Assembly: GCF_964194025.1 (NCBI RefSeq)
Contig: NC_134473.1
Location: 65,224,001 to 65,288,000, forward strand
DNA length: 64,000 bases
Direction: 5' to 3'
Source: Convolutriloba macropyga
Taxonomy: Eukaryota
How positions within the stretch are numbered: the first letter of the stretch is position 1; each line of letters begins with the position of its first letter. Of this stretch, positions 1 to 11,950 are shown piece after piece. The position numbers and the translations under genes are program-made. A model generated the notes under the pieces. It saw nothing but the letters and a program-made list of their open reading frames with translations, searched no databases and had not been told where the DNA came from.

Positions 1-2700
1 ACATTGGTTTTCTAATACATAAAGAGGTGATGAGAGAACTTTACATTGAAAAAGTGAAATAACATTTGAGCTTTTAAGTGTAGCGAATGTGTGTCGCTTT
101 ACGGTTATAACATATCCTATAAGTGGGAGTTGTTGTGTTAAAGGAATTAATGCAGTTTGTTTGAGATCACGGTCCAAATCGCAAAGTTTTTTGTAAATAG
201 ATAGACACGTGTGGTCCATTTCTAGTAAGACTCTGCTAACCATATAATCAATTTTTGCATCAAGCTGTACATTTGGATGTACGGCACCGAACCAGTTTTG
301 TTTTCTGAAAATGTCATATTTTTCAGATTTACGATAAACGGGTGAAGCTTTCTGATTTTTGGCGCTTATTTGAAGTGTTCGAATTTGAGAAAATATTTGT
401 ACTTGATCGGGGAGGATTTGAAAGTCTGCTGGTTTGATCTTACATTCGCCAATCTTATTGAGCTTATAAAACTGCATACTTTTGATATGATTTGGGGAGC
501 AATCATAGTGTGTGACTATTAGATCCTGCACTCTTGATTTAGGTGTGGATATATTGTGTGTATCATCTTTAATAGGTTGTTTTATCGGAAGTGGGTGTGA
601 AATGAATAAATTAGGCAATAACAAAATTAGATTTGCAATGGACATGTGTAGGAGAGTCCAGAGTTAGGATTGTAGAAGACAAAGTATCCTGCTGTGTTTT
701 TCGTGTATCTGTCAAATTTGTAGATAATCTCTTGACAAAGAAAGGGTGATGGGTTTCTTTGCACTCGAAAAAGAGGAGGTGCAGCTTCTTGTGGGTGGGT
801 GAAAAATCAGTTTATCTTGTTGGACTGCAATTTCGAGCAAAAATGTATTTCTAGATTTTTTAAGTAATTTGTTTGCTCGTTGTTTCTGTTATGGTGTGAT
901 TTGTATAATTTAGAAATTTTCTGTTTAGCCCAATTATGTAGTGGTTCAACGTTATTATGATCTCCAAAAAAGGCGGGAGAGAAACAACAATTTTTAGTCA
1001 AGTTTTAATGGTAGGGTGGGATAAGCTCTCGTATTATCTATCAGGTTGTTTTCCGATATATCGGTAAGAGCGTTGGTCGAGATCTAGCGTAGGCGAGTTC
1101 GAACTTAGTTTAATTATAGGTGGAGTATCTTGAAAACTGAGTGGTAATGAGCTTTGAAATGATGGTGATGAATTAACTATATTAAAAGAGTGATTCCAGT
1201 GTGCTTGTGAGAGTAAGCGTTCAATATTAGTTACTGGTCCTTGTGGTGGGTTATCGGGATTAAGCGCAATTTTTGATGGAGTAGGTGAAAAAAATTGAGA
1301 GCTAAATTGGCGGGAAATAGAAGTGTCTGAGATAAAATAAATATCTTGTTGTGTACCGTTTATATATAAAACATTGTGAATTGGCTGTGGCAATTCAGAA
1401 CTACTGGTTTTATCTGTGTTTTCAAAATTTATAGGTTGAGTGGAGAATTGTGGTGTGTTTGAATAGTTAATTAATTCCGGTTGTGGTGCTCGTGGTTGAG
1501 CAGGTATAATAATTGGTGGTTGAAGTGGTTTGTTGGCGAGGAATCCTGAGTATGGCAATAAAGTCTGTTTTTATTTGGTGTGTTTATTGTTGTGCTTCCG
1601 TTTGGTGTATTTGCGCTTGACTTTGATAAATGGATATGGGATTACTGGTTGTGGGGTAAAATGGGGGGAATTGTCCAGTAGGAAGAGGTCTATCTGCAGA
1701 TTTGGCAGTAAACATGACTGAGTAGGGGTGTTCTTCGGTTTCTATTGCTTGTGAGTTCAAATGATGACTTTTCGGGGGTGGATAGTGAACTTGCTTCACT
1801 GTATGAGCAACTGGGTGACTTGGAGACGGGGGGAGCAGTTGGTAATTGAACCCAGAGTGGGGAAATTACCAGAATGATAGATTTTATATTTTGTGGAATT
1901 TGGAACAACAATTATAAAGAGATTTTAAGTAGGTATGGTAACTCGGATTGCTGCAAAGGACAATTCTGGTGGGATGACACTGTGTAGATGAATGAGATCT
2001 AAAAAATCAGCAAAGAGAAAACTGTTAACAATTCTGCAATTGTATAATCTTTTCGAGCGAACGTGTGGATATACAAGTTTACTTTGTGAGCTGCAGTTTT
2101 GCGAGTTGCTGGTATTGTCCATCCAGCCTACGAAGTTCTTTAATATATTTTATATCGTATTAGGCTGGGATAGCGTCAAGATTAATTGTGTAGACAATGT
2201 GGGTATAACGGAGTTCAGATAGTTTAGATGTGGCCTGAGATGGCAATATTGTAAGAATTTGTTTAGGTTTAAAAATTTGAATATATCTAAAGGTATCAGC
2301 GTATGGTGTTCTCTTAAAAATTTTTTCAAGTCTGTGTTATTAAGTAATTTGCAAACCTGGTTTTCAAAGAGATTGAGTTGAACTTTCAGTAATTTGAGAC
2401 TGAAAGTATGAAGTTGTGTTGGTTTTCGTTAGCAGCTCAATTGATTTTTTTGCTGTGATAGCTGGTTTAGAAAGAAAGCTAAGAACTGTGCTGTGAAACA
2501 GTTCTTTTTGTTAAGAAGAAGAGAGAGTGAAATCAAGTTTGAAACTTATAGAAAGGAATTTTTTTTCCAACTGAGAGTGAGAATAGAAGAGTGAAAAGAG
2601 AAGGTTTGTCAAGAGAGTGCAGTTAAGAGAGTGTAGATTGAGTTTAGTTCAAGAGAGAAGAGAAAAAAGAAGCAACTAGGTTGAGAGAGAGAGGTGGACT
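1..2700 (-). pseudogene. Degenerate extra ORF downstream of the gypsy integrase (env position), product unknown
   Basis: Long protein-like minus-strand stretches broken by occasional stops and frameshifts, e.g. LKVQLNLFENQVCKLLNNTDLKKFLREHH, ORF 1925-2122 and the Pro/Gln/Ser-rich ORF 1034-1558. Strand composition matches the rest of the element. Confidence 0.5.
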
Positions 2701-3387
2701 GAAAACTGATATTAGACGATACAATATAGCCTAATCACGACTTTTTGTTCGGGGAAGAAAAAGTTACCCAATCATACCTTGGTAAATAAATGAGATTAGG
2801 GAATTTTTCCGGACTGAGCAGTGGATCGGTTGCTAACTTAAGTTTTAGTTAATTTCCTTTTTATTATTTTCGTGGGGAATGGCCTGTAATCCCCTTCCTT
2901 TCTTTTCCTGATGGAAGTGTTTTTGTTGTTCTGCTAGGGTAGCAGGTGAATAGATAGTCAGTGTGACTTGTTTAATTTATTAAAGAACTTGATTAAATTT
3001 CCCAGTAAAGTATTTGTATTAGGTGGAGAGGGGGTGAATGAACTAACCGAATTCTCCTTCTCGTATAAGTCGCCGAGCGAATTGTAATTTCATAGGATTT
3101 GTATTTACTAGGTATTTAGTGTGTTATGCTAATTTGTGTTAGCGGCCAACTAATGCGAGAACAGTGATTTGTGAAGTGTAAGAGTGGTGTATAAATATTT
3201 TAATTGTGCATCGTTCTCGAAGCCGAAATTTTTGATTGCGGTATGAAGACTCTATAGTCTTTGTTCGGTTTTCGTCTAAGACGAGTTTCTTTGGTACTGT
3301 AGATTTCCGAGTGACTTTCGGATATTTGAGACAAACTAAAAGGTGGTGCGGGAAAAGGTTAAGTTGTGGATGGTATGTTTTGGTTGT

Positions 3388-4750
3388 CTAGACCAATAGA
3401 GACAGACATCGGCTTAGTGATAGTAGGTTTTCCAGGATGAAGTCGTAACAAAGTATTGTCCGAAAAAAAATTTCCATTTGTTCTTGAATGAATATTTCTT
3501 TCGGGTAATATGGTACAATTTTACTTCTATGCTTAATAATTTGTTTACAAGAGAAATCTTCTAATTTATAAGTGACCAATATGGAGGCATAGATTAATTT
3601 GTAAGGTTCATTTTTTTGTGGTTGGATCTTTTTTTGATATTCCTATTTGTGTGGCTTTATTTACAATGAAAACATAAGTGTTAATTTTAAGTGGTTGTGC
3701 CGTTCCGAAACGGCGATTTATGAATGTGCGTAAATGTTTTTTTTTCTGGTTTAAATAGTTGTGAACTTCGTTGTAAACTTATCTTTTCACGAAGAAGAAA
3801 CCAATGTGCGATGTTCCTGTCTATAATGTTTTTCAGACAATTTCGATAATTTGTGGACGGTGACCGAGAAGGTCAGTGCGTGTTTGGGAAGGCAAAGTTT
3901 TACAATTTCAAATGCTATTTGTAATGGAAGATAGATTAAACATTATTGGTTTCCTTAGTTTCTGACCAAATGCAAGTTCATATGGTGATAAATTCATATT
4001 GGTCCTAAATTGTGAATTTTTATGCTAAAGGAAATAATTTACTTTCGGTGACCATGTGTCGTATTGTGAGTCTAAAACCGTGCGAAGAAATGTGTTTCGC
4101 TGACGATTTTTATTCTCAACAAGTCCGTTAGACCATGGTGCGTATGGCTATTGTGGTTTAAGTTGGACATTAGATGTGCGGCAAAAGTGTGTAACTTCTC
4201 CGTTAATATATTCTTTTCCATTATCTGTTACTAAAATATCGGGTATCCCGAATTTGACAATCCAGTGATCAAATAACACAGTGCGTGCATTTGCTGCATC
4301 AGTTTTGGGAGAAGAGTGAAGGATGACATAGATTGTGAAAGCGTCTACGATAACATAGAACTATGAATTTCCATCCGAAGATGGAGAGATTGGGCTTTTT
4401 GTGTTCATTGAGATAAGGTGATTAAAGTATGGTGAAACTTCTAAAAATGGCTGTTGAGCCATGAGGAGATGTAACATGGATTTGCTCGTTTGGCAATTCA
4501 AGCAATTTTGTGTAAGCATTGCGATCCATGTTTTAATATTCGGGAAGTAACAATTTCCTGTTACTGTAGCATATGTTTTTTCACGACCGGGATGGCCTGA
4601 AAATTGTGAAAATGTGCAATATAAAATACTGTTAGAAGGAGAGAGAATGGTAAAAAGATTTTGGGTGAGGTGGTTTTTTTTATATAGTATAAGAGATGAT
4701 TTGTTTCATTTACTTTTAGGTCTTGGAAACGTCGATAGTAATGTAACAAG
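3388..4750 (-). pseudogene. Gypsy integrase remnant (HHCC, DDE core, GPY/F-like tail)
   Basis: Manual translation gives HPGRE-like (~4590), PISPSSDGNS*FYVIVDAF (~4340-4400), ILVTDNGKEYINGE (~4200-4240), PYAPWSNGLVENK (~4110-4150) and EPYKL...VTYKL (~3570-3610). Confidence 0.85.
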
Positions 4751-5323
4751 TCTTTGTTTGCTCGAATAGTTAGTGAAGGGACGGGGTGTGATTTTTAAAA
4801 TTTTTTCAAACGAGAAGTTGTCGAATAACTGGGTCCTGTTGTTGTGCTTCATATTGTAGTGTATCGTTTATTGCTGTTTGTTTGTTGTAGAAATAATTAT
4901 AAATTTCTTTAGATTTAGGTATAAAATTTTCCAGTGCTGGGCGTGAGGATTTAATGGTGTTTATTAACTCTGAATAATTTGCATTTTGAGTAGACTTTGT
5001 AAATGATTCTGTTTTATTTGTGTTCAAATTGACATCCGTGTGTTGTACAATAGGATAGGTTACTAACAATGAGTGGTTTTGTTTAAATTGTTGTGTTTTG
5101 TTTTGTTGTAATTGTTCGAAAGGTTGTGCCTTGGTTTTAAATTCGTGATACGAGACAGGAAGATAGAGGTCATTTTGGAGTTGTACTTTAAAACAATTAT
5201 CTGTGATCTGTAAGTATATTGCAAAATGTGGTGATTCTTTTGTAGTGTCCGGAGTTATTGCGTTAAAATATTCATTTGATACAGCATAGTGACACTGTAT
5301 AGGTTGAGTATGATGGTTATGCG

Positions 5324-5900
5324 TCATAAAAAAAATTTAATATAATTGGGGATCGCAACCGTTCTAAGACGGTCTTCGTCTTGTGTTGTTGTTGTTGGTG
5401 AATGACTCAATAAATCTGGAAGTGAAAACTTTTTTGCTTCCGTCCAAACTATGTGTAGGTTTGGGAATTTCATTAGAATTAATTGAAATTTATATACTCT
5501 GTGGTTTGGTTTGTTCTTTGGTGTGAACAAAAAAAGAATTGTTTTGTGGTCAGTGTGTAAAAAAACAGGATGTGGTGTTCCCTGAATGAGAAATTCATAA
5601 TCCGAAAATGCATCGATTACTGTTGAACATTTGCGAAAACTGGTTGAGAGTCTAAATTTTGCGGTGGAAATTTAACGAGAGTTTGCTGAAACTAATTCAA
5701 TTTGTCCAAATTGATTTAAGTTCGATGCCTCGAACTGCTCCAATGCCCCAGTTCGAGGCATCGCATAAAATATTACAGGGTTTTTCTGAGTTAGGAATTG
5801 CGAGACGAAGTGTTCCATCTGTAAGTTCCTTTTTTACTCTGTCAAATATTTGCTGTAGTTCGGGTGTCCAATTAAATTTTTTTGTATCCCGGAGTTGGAG
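5324..5900 (-). pseudogene. Gypsy RNase H remnant
   Basis: PCNILCDASNWGIGAV (~5735-5780), TDHK-like motif (~5545) and HIVWTEAKKFSLPDLLS (ORF 5324-5530). Confidence 0.8.
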
Positions 5901-5939
5901 ATAGAAAGGTCTTAATATAACTTGTAAGTTATAGATTTA

Positions 5940-6700
5940 TTTTGAGATAAATGTGAGACATCCAACGTAATTTTGTTTTTTCATTTTCCGGTGGTTGTAA
6001 TTTTAAAAATCCATCACTTTTTGATTTTAGCGGGTGTATCTGACTGTTTTGAGTTTAAGTTCCCAAGAATTTAACTGAGTCTAAGAAAAAGAAACATTTA
6101 TCAGGAGCGACTTTGAGATTTTTTATATATTTGTCAAGTGTTTGTAACATTGTGTCTGTTGTAGTGTCTTATATGACCACATCATCAAGATATTTGTTTG
6201 ATCAAGTCTTGGTGACGGTTTGTCTAGCGGCATCTGGTTGTATGCGCTGTTCATGTCAGCTATAGAGAAAATCGGTCCCTTATTACGTGTTAGTATTATT
6301 TGGATTGGTTCCATGGGACAGCTTCAATTTGGTTCTCCAACCATTGTGTTCTGTTGACGAGCATCCAAAACATTTTTCACTGATTCTCCTTTTTAAAGAA
6401 TAATTACTGGAATAATGAAAGTGTTTCCCGTAGTGAGCGAATCTGTGTTTACGTGTGCTATGATATCGAATTGTGTTAATATATCGAGTAAGTGTTTTAC
6501 TCAGTCTTGTAATTGAAGAGGGATGCGGTTTGCTCTCTTTTTCTTAAATACCATTGTCGCTTTTAAGGGTAGGTTTAGTTCTACTTTAGTTTTACCTACA
6601 TCGAATTTAGACGTAGCGTAGTCTAAATTGTGTGAGAATTGTGCTAAATATTCAAACTGTGGTTGTGTTAAATTTGTGTGTTCGAAATTGAACATTGCGA
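5940..6700 (-). pseudogene. Gypsy reverse transcriptase remnant with internal deletion
   Basis: FDVGKTKVELNLPLK, IFSIADMNSAYNQMPLD, KYLDDVVI (~6175-6195), KVAPDKCFFFLDSVKFLG. Confidence 0.88.
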
Positions 6701-7329
6701 GAAAATCTCGATCGAATTCTGTGAAGTTTGAGACGTCAACTGGTATATGAAACTTTTATTGATGTGATTCATATTCACGTTCCTGTTGTTTAGTGAGGTT
6801 TAGACAAGAAAGTTTTTTAAGTGTTTCTGATGTGCCGTTTGTAATGTAGTTTGAAGTATAAGCATCCATGATATCTGTGATGTCATTTAAGCGATAATTC
6901 ATTGCTTGTAAATCATTTAGTGAAACATCCTGTTGTGCATATACAATTAGCCCTTTTACAAGTGTTAGTGGATGAGTTAAGGCGTTTTGTATTCACATTT
7001 GGATAAATGATTGGTTAGGGTATTCAAGGTTTTTAATATCTTTTATAGAGAAGAACATATTTTTGCGGAGTGGTATAAATGAGAAATCAGATGCATGAAG
7101 AATAGTGCCGTTCGCATATTTAATTTTACATTCATAGGCGGTTAGAGAATAAGTAAAATTTCTGTGTTCAAAGGGTTGAAAATAGAGTGATTGATCACCA
7201 ATAACAGGAAATAACGGTGAATAGTGTGGAGTTGATCAGATTGAAGAATCATAAAATTTCATTGATTTCAACTCATGATTATGTTTGATCTCTAGTGTAT
7301 GAGATGAACATTTTATCCAATCAATATAT

Positions 7330-7620
7330 TTTATTAGGAAGGGTGTTCCTAGGATATTGATTTTTGTGTTGGAGACCTCAAAGGTAAGTGTGAAAGAAGT
7401 ACTTCTGAGAGATCTATTTTCTGTTTAATTTGGATAGATGTTAAGTTTACTGTGCCATTTGATTATAATTTAGAATTATTTGCTGCTAAGAGAACAAATG
7501 TTGATGCTTTTAGTGGTAATTTGTGGTGTTCTTCAATTTTGTTCCAAGTATCATTTTTAGGATGTTAAGTGTAGCGCCTGAATCTATTAGAAAATCGATT
7601 TCAAGATGTTGTAGAGAAAC
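7330..7620 (-). pseudogene. Gypsy aspartic protease remnant
   Basis: EIDFLIDSGATLNI at ~7561-7602 and a C-terminal NILGTPF (ILG motif) at ~7340-7360. Confidence 0.85.
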
Positions 7621-8289
7621 TGTTTTAGTATGATCAGGTGTTCGTTGTATATTTTGTTAGTGTTGTAGAAAGAATTTATTTTTACATGGTTTATAGAGAA
7701 TTGCATTCTTCTTTGCAGTTAAAAAATTCGTCTTGGGTATCTTGTTATAATTCTAAGAGTAAATCCTTGAATTGTTGTTCTAGAAGTTGTTCTTCTGAAA
7801 CGTTTTGTGTTTCTGTATTTTCTGTGTTAGACATCGTGTTTTCTGTTTGTTCTTGGTCTAAGAGTGAGTTATTGTAGTTTCGTACATTGCGAAGTCGATT
7901 GTGTGAGAATGGGCGTCTTGAACGATTTCCATCTCTATTATAGTGAGGTGATTAATGTCTAGAATTATTTGAATATATGCTATTTGTGTTATAAGTAGGT
8001 TTGTTTTGAGAGTTGGAGGGTCTAGGGTATGGCAAACCATTTCTACACGGTGGTTTAAAAATACCTTACCATAATAGAGTTTTGAGTTTGAATGTGGAAA
8101 TTTATTTGGGCTTCGATGTCTCGAATTATCACGGTGATCTCTACTGTTGCTTCTAGAGCGATAAGAAAAAGGTAGTGATTTAACGGTCATATTGTTTGAT
8201 CTGTCTTGTTTGTTTGGAAGGTGTTGGTTCATTGCTTGATTGCAAGTTTCTTTTTGATAATTAGGTTTTTCGAGTGATTTTGTTTATCT

Positions 8290-9062
8290 TTTGTCAGATA
8301 ATGTAGAAATGCTGTGTCCCGATCTTGAGCATTTTTTACAGAATTTTAGGAAGAGTGGTTTTCTTTAAAATTTGGATCATTTGAGTACTTGTGACGTACT
8401 ACGTTAATCGCCGGTGCAATATCTTGTTCCATCATATGTATATCATCTACTGTGAGATGATAAATATCTAGAGAAAGGTTATTAAATGATGAGGAAAAAG
8501 TGGAATTTGTGCTAAGTTTATGTCTATCTATGTGTGTGTTCTTGTGATATCTTCTTGATGTCTTTTTTTTTACTAATTGTGCAAATGGAAACTGTGGTTT
8601 CAATACAGTTGATTTCTGGTTTGCAATCTTTTTTAGAGCTATTCTGGCTAATTGTGGATCAAGTGCTTTGAGAAGTGCGTCTTTCATTTGTGCTTTACCC
8701 ATATCTGGAGCGTTATTAACATATGCTTTTCGAGTAATTTGTTCATTTCTAAGTGCCAGTATTTCTGTCTGTTCACCAGAAGCACGTGTTATGTTTTCTA
8801 ATAATAGTTTCGCTTGAGTTTGCGATTGTTGATTATCGAATGTCTTTTGAAATTCACGGCAAAACCGTTGCCAGTCCTTTTTTTCTAGTGGTAAATGTGA
8901 GTACCGCTGTTGTGCCGAGCCAATTAGGGCCGTTTGTATCATGGCAGTTCGTTTCAGGATCCATGCTTCATGAATATTTAATGATTAATGTAATATCATT
9001 TAAGAAATCCTCTGTTGTGTAAGTAGGGTCAGTACCACCAAACGGTCTTAGAGACCGTTGCA
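8290..9062 (-). pseudogene. Gypsy gag remnant (capsid region plus zinc knuckle)
   Basis: MQRSLRPFGGTDPTYTTEDFL at ~9000-9062, ORF 8346-8942 (WQRFCREFQKTF), and KFCKKCSRSGHSIST (CX2CX4H, last Cys lost) at ~8300-8345. Confidence 0.8.
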
Positions 9063-10656
9063 TGGCATTGAGCCTCCTAAATAAAAATACGTCATTTGTG
9101 TATTTCGGCTAACTACAGGTGACGGTGTTTGTGTAGACGGTGCCGGTAAATAATAGGGAGTTGGGACACTTAATGTTTGTCAAATATTCTGTGAATTAAG
9201 TTGTCGAACTAGATTTACTAATTGTTGTTGAGTGATTTGAATATTTTGATTATTTGTTATTGTCGGTGCGGTTGAGTTATTCAAAACGACGTGTTCAGTA
9301 TTAAAGTGTACAGAGTTTTGTCTTTGTAAGCGTGGTAAAGGTGTGTTTACGTTTGGTAATTTAGGTAGAGTTGTATTTAATGGATCTGAAGTTTCTGTCA
9401 ATTCAGTCAAATTCACAAATTCACAATGCTGTCTCCGCTGGTTATTCTCGTAAAAATATGTGTTGTTAGTGGTATCCTTAGTGACTTGATTGCTATCATT
9501 AGTTTGGTTAATATTTCGGCCATTATCTTCAAGTTCAATTAGTGTGTTCACTGTATGTAATGAAAAGAGTGTTCAATCATCTAACAATCTGGAATTAAAG
9601 TCTGTTTCTGTAGTTTCGTTAATACAAGTGTCTGTAGGTAGTGAGTGGACTATTGTATCCATATTTTATATCGGTGATGCTTCCAGAGAGGTATTTGTTT
9701 GGGGATGTTTGTACATGTAAATGGTTGATTCTCTGCGTTATAGTTTTTTATTTCAATATTGTTTTGGTTAATTGTTAGTTTTTGTACAATTTCCGATGCA
9801 AATTCTGTGATATTTACAAAATTTTTTGGAAACCAGTTGGAATCATAAATGAAATGTTGTGTTTCTGGTAGTTTAGATATTAACTGTGACTATGTCTCAG
9901 CTAATAATATTTTGGCTGGAAAAATGTGTCTTACGAGGCTTCTCGAAATTCTGTGTATGTACCAAGATAGAGGTGTAAAAGAATCGAGAATCTCTTCTTC
10001 ATGTAAGTCTGCGTATTTTACAGATCTTAAATATGTTTCAAGAGGATGAGTGAAACCTTCTACTTCTTGTCGAGCAATTTTGTGTATGCTCTTTTTTCGT
10101 GACTGCAGAGCGGCAGTATTAAGTATAGAAGCGAGACGTTTAAGAAATTCAAAAGAAGATTTTCTAAATACACCCGCTCCATCCGAGGGTTGTTTTTCTG
10201 ACCATACTCGGTTAAGGAATTCAAATAGTGTATCCGATAGTGGGTTAAAAAAGTGTCATATATGAGAGAAATGTATTTGTTTGTGTGAGGATAACAAAGA
10301 AAAAGAATCGAGCCCTTTGTGAGTTGAGCTCCATAATTTTCAATTAGATATGAGAGAAACGCAGTTCATGAAACCTGTGGTAGTTTGTTTGGCAAAGAAA
10401 GGAGAGGCTGTTGCTGTGCTGCAAAATAGTGATATTTGAATTGTTTTGCTATGTTTAGAAGTAAATTTATTTGATCTTGGTGTCGATAGTGTTCAGCTTC
10501 AAAGGGTGAAATGTCAATTGAAGAAGTTTGATCTGTTGTGTAGGAAAAATTAAAAGATTATATAAACCATTTCTAAGTTTCTTTCTCAAAAGAAAATTTT
10601 GTGTTTTGTGTGATTTATTTTTACGGTTAGAGTTTGTTAACTCACTGGTCGAACCA

Positions 10657-10880
10657 GTTAAAGCAGACCATGATGGACTCCTTTTACAGCCTTAAAGACT
10701 AAAGAGCTAGGGCTACTTATTTCTGCGCGCGAAGTAGGCTTACCTATATCTCTCAGACTAACACCGGAGTAAGAGGTATGCAAATTGTGTTACTACTGTA
10801 ATAGACTAACTACAGTTAGTGGAGTTCTCTCAGTCTGTGATTGGCTGGAGGTGTACATCTAGTATTTCTACTGCTACACA
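10657..10880 (-). repeat. Putative 5' LTR of the gypsy element
   Basis: Minus strand begins TGTGTAG at 10880, has a CCAAT at ~10840, and is followed by a TGG-starting PBS-like sequence (TGGTTCGACCAGTGAG, 10641-10656). The partner LTR is not in the window, so the boundaries are unverified. Confidence 0.4.
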
Positions 10881-11344
10881 AGAATGTCAGTATTCCAATG
10901 TGCCAATTATACCGTGTTAAATCAGAAAATAGTTTTGTTGGCAAGTTTGAATTCAAAATCAGTGTTCGCAAAAAAACTTGTTTAGAAAATGGTCATTTGA
11001 CATGATCATAGCATCGAACACTGGAAAGAAGTGTCACCTGAATTGAAACTCTTAATCTAACCGCGCTGATTGTTTTTAATTGCTTTCAAACGGAGTTTAA
11101 AGCAGTTACTATATACATGTTGGTCTTTTTTAATGCAAAGTTTTTGATGGACCACTTTTGCGCTTTTGTTCTATAACATTCTGTGACTTCTGAAGTGACT
11201 TTTTCACAATTCAGTTCTTCATTTGTGAGCGATGAATGTTGCTCTCGTTCTGAAATCATTGTATTTGGTGGTGCGTGTTTAAGATGTCAGGCGTCCAAAT
11301 TAGTGGTCTTGGAAACAGCATTTTTTTAATAGCGGCCCTAGTTA

Positions 11345-11950
11345 CTCAGCCGGCTGATGTAGCGCTCCTATTTTTTACAATTCGAAGAATTTGAATTGTA
11401 TTGGGGCGCTCTCTTTTTTTAAAGATCTGTTCACACATGTTCATGATTTTTGAAGTCAAATTGGAGTAGTGATTTTGGTCACGCCAAAACAGGAAGTAGA
11501 GCGAAACAACGAGTGGTTTTGCAGCGTGAAAAATTTTCACTCTAATTTTAAAATAGTGTGAGAAAACGGTGTTTGAACAAAAATTCGCTTTCTTTGGATT
11601 TCTCTTCATATGCGGCAAATTCAATTTGATTTTTACTGTTTTTTTGATATTTTGGATTGGATTTTTTTCTATATGGTTCTTCCAACCTATTCATAGTTTA
11701 ATCTTAATCTCAGCCTATTTTTGTTTGAATCAAATTTGTTTTTCTTGCTCGTAATTTTTTGTTCAGATGAGGCGTTTTGAAGTTGATTTTTTGTTTTTTT
11801 TTATCCTATTTCTTTATTAGATTTTTTTGAAATAGTTTTCCAATTCACTCATAGTCCGTTCTAGGTCTACTTTTTTTAGTCAAAGAAAACTGTTTTTTTT
11901 ACGTCGTCGAATGAAATTTTTTTCGCTTTACTTCTATGCACAGCTCGTTC
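11345..11950 (-). repeat. Dispersed repeat, copy 1 (inverted copy at ~45240-45830)
   Basis: Shared core GTCAAATTGGAGTAGTGATTTTGGTCACGCC and CAATTCACTCATAGTCCGTTCTA; near-identical spurious ORFs 11346-11624 and 45543-45800. Confidence 0.85.

Larger units (their letters stand above)
1..10880 (-). mobile_element. Degenerate Ty3/gypsy (Metaviridae) LTR retrotransposon, >10.8 kb, 3' end outside the window
   Basis: Minus-strand motif order is gag CCHC knuckle, protease (FLIDSGAT), RT (DMNSAYNQ...YLDD), RNase H (ILCDAS), integrase (VDAF...TDNG.E...PWSNGLVE). This PR-RT-RH-IN order is the gypsy order. Many stops and frameshifts. Confidence 0.92.
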
